Source of the DNA: Myxococcales bacterium
Lineage (GTDB): Bacteria > Myxococcota_A > Polyangia > Polyangiales > Polyangiaceae
Assembly: GCA_043784605.1 (NCBI GenBank)
Contig: JAYVYD010000018.1
Coordinates: 1 to 57,317 of the forward strand
Length of the DNA stretch: 57,317 nt
Reading direction: 5' to 3'
This document shows, in pieces, positions 26,715-35,475 of the stretch (position 1 is the stretch's first letter; each line of letters starts with the position of its first letter). Made by a program: the position numbers and the translations under genes. The notes beneath the pieces were generated by a model. That model searched no databases. It saw nothing but the letters and a program-made list of their open reading frames with translations, and was not told the origin of the DNA.

Positions 26715-27017
26715 ACGTCTGGCGTTGACTCGGCTCGTCGGTTGATGTGCTCTGTTCGCAGAGCGGATTGGAGAAACGGCTTGGCAGCTTCGAAAAAGTC
26801 CCCGCGCGCGACAAGCGGCGGCACTCGAAAATCGGAAAACAAGCGGCAGACGCCGCGCATCACGACGTCGCACAAGTCCGGAGCTGGCGCGCGTGCGCTA
26901 CCGGCCGCTGCTCGCCCCGTGCGTCGCGCTGCTGTCAGAGAGCGTCCGCGCGCCCGCCCTCCCGCGGTCGATCCGCGCCTGCCGCAGCGGACGAAGAAGC
27001 CACCGCGCCCCGTCGAC

Positions 27018-27401
27018 GTGGGGCCGAGCCTCGCGAGCGACGACGCGCGCGCCATGGCGATCCTCGTCGCGACCGCGGCGCTCGACAAGAAGGCGATCGG
27101 CATCGAGCTCTTGGATGTTGCAGGCAAGATCGACTACGCCGACTTCATCGTCGTGATGACCGGACGTAGCGATCGGCACGTGCAGGCGCTCGCGCAAGGT
27201 ATCGAGGAGGAGCTGCGCAAGAAGGGCAAGCGTCCGCTCTCGATCGAGGGCGTCCCTAGCGCAAGATGGATCTTGATGGATCTCGGCGACGTCGTCGTTC
27301 ACGTGTTCCAAGAGGACGCGCGTGGCATGTACGACATCGAGGGGCTCTGGTCCGACGCGAAGCGCGTCCCGCTACCGGAGAACGACGCTCCTCCGATCTG
27401 A
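27018..27401 (+). CDS. rsfS: ribosome silencing factor RsfS
   Basis: DYADFIVVMTGRSDRHVQALA...WILMDLGDVVVHVFQEDARGMYDIEGLW. The start is uncertain: GTG 27018 or ATG 27054. The track ORF extends to 26742 with a basic, Pro-rich extension. Confidence 0.85.
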   Translation: MGPSLASDDARAMAILVATAALDKKAIGIELLDVAGKIDYADFIVVMTGRSDRHVQALAQGIEEELRKKGKRPLSIEGVPSARWILMDLGDVVVHVFQEDARGMYDIEGLWSDAKRVPLPENDAPPI

Positions 27402-27408
27402 TCGGAGG
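27390..27408. terminator. 19-bp perfect palindrome between convergent rsfS and P450
   Basis: CCTCCGATC-T-GATCGGAGG, centred on the rsfS stop codon. Could form a short hairpin on either strand. Confidence 0.25.
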
Positions 27409-27414
27409 GATACC

Positions 27415-28779
27415 TCAGCGACGACGCACGAGCATCTTGATGCCGTGCTTGGGGCGCAGTGTGATCAACGGCTCCGGAACGACCGGATGTCCAGGAACGA
27501 GATCGAGCCGATAGCGCTTCGCGAGCGTCGCCAAGAGCGCCACCGCCTCCAGCATCGCGAACGAGTTGCCGATGCACACGCGCGGCCCACCGCCGAACGG
27601 GTAGTAAGCGAAGCGCGGTCGTGACGCCTCGAGCGCAGGCAAGAAGCGCTCGGGATCGAAGCCGAGCGGATCATCCCAAAAATCAGGGTGACGGTGCGTC
27701 ACGTAGGGTGCCATGAGGACGACGCCGCCCTTGGGGAGCGCGAAGCCGTCGATGACGTCCGCCTCCTCCGTCATGCGGCCGATGATCCACGCAGGCGGAT
27801 AGAGTCGCATCGACTCTTTGATGACTCGTTGCGTGTACGCGAGCCTCGGCATGTCCGTGAGGGTGAAGCTGCGCTCCCCGAGCACGCCGTGGATCTCGTC
27901 CGCCATGCGACGGTCGGACTCGGGTGCGAGCGAGAGGCAGTAGAAGGCCCAGCTCATCGCGTTCGCGGTGGTCTCGTGTCCGGCGAGGAAGATCGTCATG
28001 ACCTCGTCGCGGAGCTGCTGGTCGGTCATCGTCTCGCCGGTGTCCTCGTCCTTGACCGCCATCAGCATCTCGAGCAAGTCCGGCTTGCTCGGGGCGCCGC
28101 CGTCGCGCCGCTTGCCAATCGTGCGGCGCACGACCGCGTCGAGCTGAGCGATCGCTTTGACGAGCGCGCGGTTACGCCGTGTGGGCACCGAGAGCGGCAG
28201 GTCGATGAGCGCGCTGATGCGAGCGTTCACGTCCTCGATCACGTGGGTCACGGCTCGCCCGATCACGTCAGAGTCGCCGGACACGTCCGCGCCGAGCAGG
28301 GTCTCACTCACGATGCGCAGCGTGAGTCGCATCATCTCTTGTGCGACGTCGATCGGCGTCCGTTCCTCGGCAGCGCGATCCCAGCGGTCGTAGAGATCCT
28401 CCGTCGCGCGCGTCATGGTGTCGGCGAAGCCCGCGAGGTGCCGATGATGAAACGCGGGAGCCGCGATTCGCCGCTGCCGGCGCCAAAAGTCGCCCTCACT
28501 GGTGAGCAGTCCATCGCCAAGGACCAGCCGCAGCTTCAAGAACCCCGGCGACTCCTTGCTGTATTTTCTGTGATGCTCTTGCAGCACGTGACGCGCGTGG
28601 TCCGGGTGGCTCAAGAGGTGCGCCTTCACCGACCCGAAGTGCATCGCCACCACGTCGCCGTGCTGCTCGCGTGCGCGAACGAAGAAGCCGAGAGGGTCCC
28701 GCTGCAAGAGCCGGTAGTGTCCGAGGATCGGATCTCCAGGGAGCGCAGGCGCAACACGTGACGTGGAAACGGCGACCAC
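27415..28779 (-). CDS. cytochrome P450
   Basis: Heme loop FGGGPRVCIGNSFA, I-helix FLAGHETTA, ExxR ESMRLYPP. GTG 28779 lies 1 nt after the tatC stop (TGAgGTG). The track start at 28842 would overlap tatC. Confidence 0.9.
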   Translation of the reverse strand: MVAVSTSRVAPALPGDPILGHYRLLQRDPLGFFVRAREQHGDVVAMHFGSVKAHLLSHPDHARHVLQEHHRKYSKESPGFLKLRLVLGDGLLTSEGDFWRRQRRIAAPAFHHRHLAGFADTMTRATEDLYDRWDRAAEERTPIDVAQEMMRLTLRIVSETLLGADVSGDSDVIGRAVTHVIEDVNARISALIDLPLSVPTRRNRALVKAIAQLDAVVRRTIGKRRDGGAPSKPDLLEMLMAVKDEDTGETMTDQQLRDEVMTIFLAGHETTANAMSWAFYCLSLAPESDRRMADEIHGVLGERSFTLTDMPRLAYTQRVIKESMRLYPPAWIIGRMTEEADVIDGFALPKGGVVLMAPYVTHRHPDFWDDPLGFDPERFLPALEASRPRFAYYPFGGGPRVCIGNSFAMLEAVALLATLAKRYRLDLVPGHPVVPEPLITLRPKHGIKMLVRRR

Positions 28780-28780
28780 C

Positions 28781-29596
28781 TCAACGCCCTTTGACGTCGT
28801 CGGGCTTCTTCGTCTTCGGCGCGATGACGAACGAGATGCCAACGGACAAGAAGTAGAGAGCGAGGATCGCGCCGCTCACGATGAACTGGAACGTCACGTC
28901 GCCGCCGGGCGTCACGATCGCGCCGATGATGAAGCCGACCAAGATCGCCCAACGGCTGAACTTGAAGAGCTGCATCGGCGTGACGACGCGGGCAACCGAG
29001 AGCGCGGAGATGAACAGCGGCAGCTCGAAGACGACGCCGCAGACGATGTGCACGCGCGTCGTGAAATCGAGGAAGTACTCGAACGTGGGCTTGCTCGTGA
29101 TGAGCGTCCCGCTGTCTCCCGCTTGGCTGAGCAGCGAGAAGAAGTACGAGTACGCGAATGGCAGCACCACGTAGTGAGCGAAGCAGACGCCGGTGGCGAA
29201 GAGCGAGGTGCTGAAGAAGACGAACGGGATGACGTACTTCTTCTCTCGGCTGTACAGGCCTGGGCTGATGAACGCCCAGAGTTGATACAGCACGATCGGC
29301 GCCGCTCCGACGATGCCTGCGAGCAGTGCGATCTCGAGGTAGCCCGCGAAGATGTCCGGCGCCGAGAGCGTCTGGATCTCCGGTATGCCGGGCAGGTGGG
29401 CGCCGGCCCACGCGTTCTCGAACGGCACGCGCAGCCACTTGAAGATCTGCAGCCTGAACGCCCAGCCCGCGATCATGCAGACGATGACGGCGACGGTGGA
29501 CTTGATGAGCCGGCGCCGAAACTCGGCGAGGTGCTCCCAGATCGTCATCTTGACGTCCGCCTCGGGGATCTCCGGTTCGGTGTTGGCCGTCGTCAT
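28781..29596 (-). CDS. tatC: twin-arginine translocase subunit TatC
   Basis: 271 aa, six-TM TatC pattern (WEHLAEFRRRLIKS..., FISPGLY..EKK). Its ATG overlaps the tatB stop (ATGA). Confidence 0.92.
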   Translation of the reverse strand: MTTANTEPEIPEADVKMTIWEHLAEFRRRLIKSTVAVIVCMIAGWAFRLQIFKWLRVPFENAWAGAHLPGIPEIQTLSAPDIFAGYLEIALLAGIVGAAPIVLYQLWAFISPGLYSREKKYVIPFVFFSTSLFATGVCFAHYVVLPFAYSYFFSLLSQAGDSGTLITSKPTFEYFLDFTTRVHIVCGVVFELPLFISALSVARVVTPMQLFKFSRWAILVGFIIGAIVTPGGDVTFQFIVSGAILALYFLSVGISFVIAPKTKKPDDVKGR

Positions 29597-30111
29597 GAAG
29601 CGATCGCCGTGGGCTCGTCGGCGGGCGCCGCGGTCTTTGCGGGGCCTTCCTCACCGGTCGCGTAGAGCGCATCGTCCGCGAGGGCGGACGTTGGGAAGTC
29701 CGTGTAGACGAGCGCCGTATCGGGCAGCGCACCGTACGAATCGGCGCCTTCTCGTGGGTATTCGCGCTCGCGTGCAATATACATGGGTTCGGACGTCGCG
29801 GAGAGAACGGGCGCGAGCGACTCTGACGCCGCAGCCAGTTGGCGTGAAGGTGGATCGACGCGAGCGGCGCGCACCACGCCGTCGAGCTCTCCGCGCGCGA
29901 GCTTGCGGATCTCGTTGATGTCCTCGTGGAGCGAGCCCTCGCGCAGCACCTCGTCGATGCCGCTCTGCATGCGAAGGTCCGCGGCCATGCGTCGCAGCTT
30001 GCCGGACCACTGCCCGAGCTTGCGAAGGACCTTCGGTAGCTCCTTCGGGCCCATCACGATGAGGCCGAAGATGACGATGACCGCCAGCTCTCCGAAGGAC
30101 ATTCCGAACAT
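29593..30111 (-). CDS. tatB: twin-arginine translocase TatA/TatB-family subunit (TatB-like length)
   Basis: MFGMSFGELAVIVIFGLIVMGPKELPK N-terminus followed by an amphipathic helix and an acidic tail. Confidence 0.85.
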   Translation of the reverse strand: MFGMSFGELAVIVIFGLIVMGPKELPKVLRKLGQWSGKLRRMAADLRMQSGIDEVLREGSLHEDINEIRKLARGELDGVVRAARVDPPSRQLAAASESLAPVLSATSEPMYIAREREYPREGADSYGALPDTALVYTDFPTSALADDALYATGEEGPAKTAAPADEPTAIAS

Positions 30112-30154
30112 ACGACGCAATCGGAGCCTAGCACGCTGCTATAGAGAGGGTCTC

Positions 30155-31195
30155 ATGCACGCGCTCACCGGCCTCTCGCCAGCTCGGCTCGCGGCTCTCC
30201 TCGGGATCCCGATTCCGGAGGCGCGCAAGGTCGTGAGCGTGGCACATCGCAAGGGCGTGCTGCCGAAGGGTCTCGCGCAGGTGACGCGCGAGACGATGGC
30301 CACGGTCATGAGCGCATGCCACATCCCGTCGCTCGAGGTGATCGCGCGGGAGAGCAGCGCGGTGGATCCGTTCCAGAAGCTCGTCCTCGAGTCCCGCGTG
30401 TCCGAGAGAGTCGTGCGGTTCGAGACCGTGCGCATTCCGCTCCAGAAGCCGGGCCGATTCAGCGTATGCGTAAGCTCCCAGGCTGGCTGCGCGCTCGCGT
30501 GTGCGTTCTGCGCGACTGGCAGGCTCGGCCTCGAGCGCAACCTCGAGGCGTGGGAGATCGTCGAGCAGGTACGGCTCGTCAACGCGACGCTCGTCGCCGG
30601 TGAGCGCGTGAGCGGCGTCGTCTTTCAAGGCATGGGCGAGCCGATGGCGAATCTCGATCGCGTGCTGCAAGCGATCGAGGTGATCACGGACCCGAGCGCG
30701 CTCGCGATCGACGCCCGCAACCTCACGGTGTGCACCGCCGGCATTCCGAGCGGGATCCTCCGCCTCGCGAACGAGGCGCCCAACGTGCGGCTCGCGCTCT
30801 CGATCGGCAGTGCACGCAAGGATGTTCGCCGCTCGCTCATGCCGATCGAGCGCGCGCATGCGTTCGAGGAGGTCATCGACGCGTGCGTCCTGCACACCAA
30901 GAAGACCGGCTATAGCCCCATGTGGGCCGTAACTCCGCTCGCTGGCGTCAACGACTCGGACGACGACGCACGGGCGCTCGCAGATCTTGCGAAGAGCTTC
31001 ACCGAGCGCGCGGGAAAGCGCCCGCGGATCAGCGTCATCCCGTTCAACGCGATCGAGGGCGATCCGTTCGCGCGCTCGACACGACACGACGCGTTTCGCG
31101 ACGTGATGGCGCGTGCGGGAGTCTTTTCGCATGCGCGCTACAGCGGGGCAGGGGACATCGCCGCTTCATGCGGACAGCTCGCGGCCAAGGTCTGA
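30155..31195 (+). CDS. rlmN: radical SAM rRNA/tRNA methyltransferase, RlmN/Cfr family
   Basis: ATG 30155. CxxxCxxC cluster SSQAGCALACAFCATG, GMGEPMAN, second Cys context LTVCTAG. Confidence 0.85.
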   Translation: MHALTGLSPARLAALLGIPIPEARKVVSVAHRKGVLPKGLAQVTRETMATVMSACHIPSLEVIARESSAVDPFQKLVLESRVSERVVRFETVRIPLQKPGRFSVCVSSQAGCALACAFCATGRLGLERNLEAWEIVEQVRLVNATLVAGERVSGVVFQGMGEPMANLDRVLQAIEVITDPSALAIDARNLTVCTAGIPSGILRLANEAPNVRLALSIGSARKDVRRSLMPIERAHAFEEVIDACVLHTKKTGYSPMWAVTPLAGVNDSDDDARALADLAKSFTERAGKRPRISVIPFNAIEGDPFARSTRHDAFRDVMARAGVFSHARYSGAGDIAASCGQLAAKV

Positions 31196-31196
31196 C

Positions 31197-32087
31197 TTAG
31201 AGCTTCGCGAGCGCCTTGCTGCGATCCTCTTCGTGCTTGAGGAATGCGCCCATCGTCGCGGCCGCGACGTCTTTGTCCAGCGCACTCTGGCCGAGCGTGA
31301 CGAGCGCGCGTGCCCAGTCGATCGTCTCGGAGATCGAGGGCGCCTTGCGTAGGTCGAGCGTGCGCACCTTCGCCGCAAACGCGGTGAGCTGAAGGGCGAG
31401 CGTCTTGGCGATCCCCGGAACGCGCAGCTCCAGGATCGCGAGCTCACGCGACGGCGGCGGGTAGTCCAAGAAGTGGTGGAGGCATCGCCGCCTGAGTGCG
31501 TCGGTCATCTCGCGCGTCGCGTTGGTCGTCAGTATGACGAGCGGCGGGTGCACGGCCTTGATGGTCCCCAACTCAGGTATCGTCACCTGTCCCTCGCTCA
31601 ACACCTCGAGAAGCAGCGCTTCGAACTCGGGGTCCGCGCGGTCGACCTCGTCGACGAGCAGCACCACCGGCCGATCGCTTCCGATCGCCTGCAAAATAGG
31701 CCTTTTTACCAAGAAGCGCTCGCCGAAGAACGCGTCGGCGTCCAGCTTGTCGAGCGCCGCGGCGATCGAGTCCGAGCCGCGAACGCGCTCAGCTACGGTC
31801 TCGCGTAACAGCTGCGTGTAGAGCATCTGCTTGGCGTAGTCCCACTCGTAGATGGCCTTGGACTCGTCGAGCCCCTCGTAGCACTGCAAGCGCAAGAGCG
31901 GTCGCGAGAGCGCTTCGGCGAGAGCACGCGCAAGGTCCGTCTTGCCGACGCCGGCGGGTCCCTCGATCATGAGTGGTCGATTGAGATCCATCGCGAGGAA
32001 GGCCGCGAGCACAGTGTGCTCGTCTGCGAGATAGCTCGCGTCAGCGAGGCTTCGTGAGAGCGCGAGCGCAGCGGGCGGGAGCAACAT
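31197..32087 (-). CDS. MoxR-family AAA+ ATPase
   Basis: Walker A GPAGVGKT, Walker B VLLVDEVDRA, LQCYEGLDESKAIYEWDY segment typical of one MoxR/AAA_5 subgroup. Confidence 0.85.
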   Translation of the reverse strand: MLLPPAALALSRSLADASYLADEHTVLAAFLAMDLNRPLMIEGPAGVGKTDLARALAEALSRPLLRLQCYEGLDESKAIYEWDYAKQMLYTQLLRETVAERVRGSDSIAAALDKLDADAFFGERFLVKRPILQAIGSDRPVVLLVDEVDRADPEFEALLLEVLSEGQVTIPELGTIKAVHPPLVILTTNATREMTDALRRRCLHHFLDYPPPSRELAILELRVPGIAKTLALQLTAFAAKVRTLDLRKAPSISETIDWARALVTLGQSALDKDVAAATMGAFLKHEEDRSKALAKL

Positions 32088-33393
32088 GACTCAAAACGTA
32101 TCCGAGTCGCGCTTCTCCGTGTATCCTTTGCGCAAAATGGCCGATCGTGACGATCTTGTCCGCGTCGATCTCACGGGGACGGTCCATCCTGTCGGCAAGA
32201 GCGCAAGCCAGGAGCTTCGCGCTCGGGCAGGGGAGTGGCGTCTCTCTCGCAGCCCGATCGACGCGCTGCTCCTGCGTAGGGTCAACAAGACAGAGAACGT
32301 CCTCCGTCTGGCGGGCGAGATCAAGACGCCCGGCGCACTGTGCGACGTCATCGCGATGATCGCGCAGTCGGGCTGGAAGGGCGAGCTGATCTCGATCGAC
32401 GAGAGCAAAATTCGCTCGCTCTACTTCGACGCCGGCAGCGTGATCGGCGCGCAGACCAACGTCGCCGAGGAGCGCCTCGGCGAGACGCTCTACCGCTTCG
32501 GCGTTGTCACGCGCGAGCAACTCGAGAGCATCATCAAGGAGTCGGCGAAGACCGGAAAGCGCTTCGGTGAGGCCGCGGTCGAGCTCGCGATCGCCAGCCC
32601 CGAGCGGCTCTATCCGATGATGGCGCGTCAGGTAGAAGAGGTCTTCTACGCCGCGCTCCACGTCGCAGACGGCACGTTCTATTTCTACGATCGCTTCGAC
32701 GACGCGGCAATCGGCCGGCGCCACGCGCTCAACGCGGCCATGCTTTTGATGGAAGGCGCGCGCCGCATGGACGAGATGCGCTTCTTCCGCGAGCGCATCC
32801 CGAACGAGCACTACACCGCAGTGCCGCGAGACGTCGCGAAGAAGCCGCCGGACGATCTGGTGCGAGTGCTCGCCGAGTGTGATGGCAAGCGGAGCATCGC
32901 GCAGATCGGGCGCAGGCTCGGTCTGCTCGAGTTCGAGGTAACGCGCGCAGTATTCCAGCTGGCGAGCGGCGGGTTCTTGACCGTCGTCGCGCCGCGCCCA
33001 CAAGGCGCACAGACGATTATGGACGGCTTCAACCCCGCGCTGATCGAGATTCACTCACGGTGCGACGCCGCTGGCAAAGGCCCGGAGCTGCGCGATGGGC
33101 TCGCGCGCTTCGCGACTGGCGGTGGCGTCTACGATCCGCTCTTCCAAAGCGCAGGTCCGCTGCCTGATGGCTCGTTCCGATCCGATCGTGTCGAGCGAAA
33201 CCTCGCCGCGCTCGCGGGTGACGATCCGGACGCGTGGTTGATCCAGCTGATGCACGACTACATCGGCTTTGCGCTATTCCAAGCGGGATCGCTGTTGCCG
33301 CGCGACGTCGAGGCCAAGCTCGCGGCTTCAGTTTCCGAGAGCCTCAAGCCCTTGCGGCCGGCAGACTCGGCACCGCTGTCGCGTAGGCCGTAG
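32086..33393 (+). CDS. DUF4388 (PatA-N-like) domain protein
   Basis: LCDVIAMIAQSGWKGELISIDESKIRSLYFDAGSVIGAQTN resembles the DUF4388 core. A helical C-terminal half follows. The start could be ATG 32137 instead. Confidence 0.6.
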   Translation: MTQNVSESRFSVYPLRKMADRDDLVRVDLTGTVHPVGKSASQELRARAGEWRLSRSPIDALLLRRVNKTENVLRLAGEIKTPGALCDVIAMIAQSGWKGELISIDESKIRSLYFDAGSVIGAQTNVAEERLGETLYRFGVVTREQLESIIKESAKTGKRFGEAAVELAIASPERLYPMMARQVEEVFYAALHVADGTFYFYDRFDDAAIGRRHALNAAMLLMEGARRMDEMRFFRERIPNEHYTAVPRDVAKKPPDDLVRVLAECDGKRSIAQIGRRLGLLEFEVTRAVFQLASGGFLTVVAPRPQGAQTIMDGFNPALIEIHSRCDAAGKGPELRDGLARFATGGGVYDPLFQSAGPLPDGSFRSDRVERNLAALAGDDPDAWLIQLMHDYIGFALFQAGSLLPRDVEAKLAASVSESLKPLRPADSAPLSRRP

Positions 33394-34011
33394 GTGCGCA
33401 AGCGCCGAGATCAGATTCTCGACGAGGCGACCCGACTGTTCGCCGAACGCGGCTACGACGGCACGAGCATGAGCGACTTGGCGGCGAGCGTCGGCCTCCG
33501 CAAGGCTTCGCTGTTCCATCACTTCGCGAGCAAGGAGGAGTTGAAGAGCGCGGTGCTCGATCGCCTCGTTCGGGAGGTGGGCGGGGCGATCATGACCGCG
33601 GCGGCGGCGGATGCGCGCTTCGAGGAGCGCCTCGACGCGCTCACGGACGCGATCGTGGACACGCTGGTTTCTCGCCCCTTCGCGGCGCGTTTGGTCGTGC
33701 GCGAGGCGATGGACTGGTCGAAGTCCCGGCCGAGCGGTGCCCACGAGGTGTTCGACATGGTCTTCATCGTGCTCACCGCCGCCGCGAACTTCGTCGAAGC
33801 GGGACAAGGCGAAGGCGTGTTCGTCCCGGGAGACGCCAAACAGATCATCCTCACATTGCTGGGCGCGCACTTCTTGCCATTCGCCGTGATCGGCGTCGTC
33901 CAGGAGGTGGTCGGCGAGAGTCCGTTCTCCGCCGATTTCGGTGAGAAGCGCAAGGTCGCGCTGCGCGCTCACGCCCGCGGGATGTTGCTCGTGAACAAAG
34001 CTATTCGCTAG
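33394..34011 (+). CDS. TetR/AcrR-family transcriptional regulator
   Basis: GTG 33394 lies directly after the upstream TAG. HTH ILDEATRLFAERGYDGTSMSDLAASVGLRKASLFHHF. Confidence 0.9.
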   Translation: MRKRRDQILDEATRLFAERGYDGTSMSDLAASVGLRKASLFHHFASKEELKSAVLDRLVREVGGAIMTAAAADARFEERLDALTDAIVDTLVSRPFAARLVVREAMDWSKSRPSGAHEVFDMVFIVLTAAANFVEAGQGEGVFVPGDAKQIILTLLGAHFLPFAVIGVVQEVVGESPFSADFGEKRKVALRAHARGMLLVNKAIR

Positions 34012-34750
34012 TGGCGCGCTGCCGGCGCACTTCGTAGAGCGCGATGGCCGCAGAGACCGAAGCGTTCAGCGAGGCGATAGGGCCTGACATGGGGAGGCGC
34101 GCGACCACGTCGCACGTCGCTCTCACGGTCTTGCGGAGGCCTTTGCCCTCGGCGCCGACCACCAGCACGACGGGACCCTTCAGCTCCACCTCGTCGATGC
34201 GCACCGAGCCGTTGGCGTCGAGCCCTACGATGCTCGCGCCGTTCGCCTTGAGCTCGCTGAGCGCGTGGGGCAAGCCGGGAACGCAGACGAGTGTGGCGTG
34301 TTCGACGGCGCCCGCGGATGCGCGAAAGACCGCGGGGGATAGCGGCGCCGACCTGTGCTCGGGCCACATCACGGCGGTGGCGCCCATAGCGACCGCCGAG
34401 CGCACGATCGCCCCGAAATTCTGGGGATCTTCGAGCTCGTCGAGTGCGACAACGAGCGTAGTCGGCTCGATCACGATCGCCTCGAGAGTGTGCACGTCGA
34501 GCAGCAGCGCGATGGCGACCGCGCCTTGGTGCTTGGCACCCCGCGCGAGTTTGTCGAGCTCTGATCGAGCGACGCGTTCCGCCGTGGCGCCGCGATCAGT
34601 GGCGAACCGCGCGAGCGCGTCGAGCTGAGGCGAGCCCTCTTGGTTGCTCACGAGCACGCGCAAGAGGCGAGGGCCGTGCGCGGCGATGGCCTCGCGAACC
34701 GGCTGCAGGCCGCAGATCATTCGATCTCTCGGCAAATCTTGATGAGTCAA
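34001..34750 (-). CDS. rlmB: 23S rRNA (guanosine-2'-O)-methyltransferase, SpoU/TrmH family (RlmB-like)
   Basis: N-terminal substrate-binding motif GLQPVREAI. SpoU motifs LVVGAEGKGLR and LPMSGPIASLNASVSAAIALYE. Start is TTG 34750 or ATG 34720. Confidence 0.85.
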   Translation of the reverse strand: MTHQDLPRDRMICGLQPVREAIAAHGPRLLRVLVSNQEGSPQLDALARFATDRGATAERVARSELDKLARGAKHQGAVAIALLLDVHTLEAIVIEPTTLVVALDELEDPQNFGAIVRSAVAMGATAVMWPEHRSAPLSPAVFRASAGAVEHATLVCVPGLPHALSELKANGASIVGLDANGSVRIDEVELKGPVVLVVGAEGKGLRKTVRATCDVVARLPMSGPIASLNASVSAAIALYEVRRQRATSE

Positions 34751-35475
34751 CGGTCACCTCTTGCCGCCGCGATTTCGGCGACGAGCTCTCGTGCTGCACT
34801 GGCGGGATCTGCTGCGTCTCGTACCGGTCTGCCGACGACGAGCGCGTCCGCGCCTGCGCCGATCGCCCACCGCGCCGTCGCGACGCGCTTCTGGTCGTCC
34901 ACGGCGTCGCTGGGCCGGACGCCCGGCGTGATCAGTGTGGCCTGCGCTCCGAGCTCACGCCGGAGCACGGGAGCTTCGTGTGGCGAGCAAACGAACACGC
35001 GCACGCCCGAGCTCCACGCGAGCCGAGCGAGCCTCGCGGTATGAGCCGAGGCGGTCGCGCCGACGCCCATCGCGACCAGATCTCCGTCGTCGAGAGACGT
35101 CAAGACCGTCACCGCGACGACGTGAAGACCCGTGTTTTCAGCCTCCGCACGCTTCACGGCGCGCTCGAGCATCATGTGTCCGCCCGAAGCGTGGACGGTG
35201 AGCAGGCGCGCCCCCATCGCACACGCGCGAGCCACCGCGCGCTCCACGGTCTCTGGGATGTCGTGGAGCTTGAGGTCCAAGAACACCGGGCGCCCGACCT
35301 GCTCTCCGAGCCTCACGGCGTCGCGTCCCGCCTCGAGAAAGAGCTCGAGACCCACCTTGAGCCAGCCGACCTCGGGGCCAACGCGCTGGGCAAGAGTCCT
35401 CGCACCGTCGAGCGACGAAACGTCCAGCGCGACGATCAGCCGATCGCGCGCAGAGTCGAACTGGAGCTCAGTCAC
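34747..35475 (-). CDS. pyrF: orotidine 5'-phosphate decarboxylase
   Basis: LIVALDV, FLDLKLHDIPETV (DxKxxDIP), VVGRPV. GTG 35475 overlaps the upstream gene end by 8 nt. Confidence 0.9.
   Translation of the reverse strand: MTELQFDSARDRLIVALDVSSLDGARTLAQRVGPEVGWLKVGLELFLEAGRDAVRLGEQVGRPVFLDLKLHDIPETVERAVARACAMGARLLTVHASGGHMMLERAVKRAEAENTGLHVVAVTVLTSLDDGDLVAMGVGATASAHTARLARLAWSSGVRVFVCSPHEAPVLRRELGAQATLITPGVRPSDAVDDQKRVATARWAIGAGADALVVGRPVRDAADPASAARELVAEIAAARGDR

Noticed and set aside
26742-27017. Basic, Pro-rich 90-aa extension or separate gene upstream of rsfS in the 300-bp proA-rsfS spacer
   Set aside because: The composition is what random translation of GC-rich DNA gives, and it has no motif. 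I could not support either a gene or an RNA there, and it remains unresolved.
29783-30154. N-terminal extension of rlmN (track ORF 29783-31195)
   Set aside because: It is antisense to tatB with shadow composition. RlmN-like sequence starts at ATG 30155.
34001-34011. 11-nt overlap of the convergent 3' ends of the TetR gene and rlmB, and back-to-back stops TGATCA at 46373-46378
   Set aside because: These reflect compact gene packing only, and I saw no associated structure or repeat.
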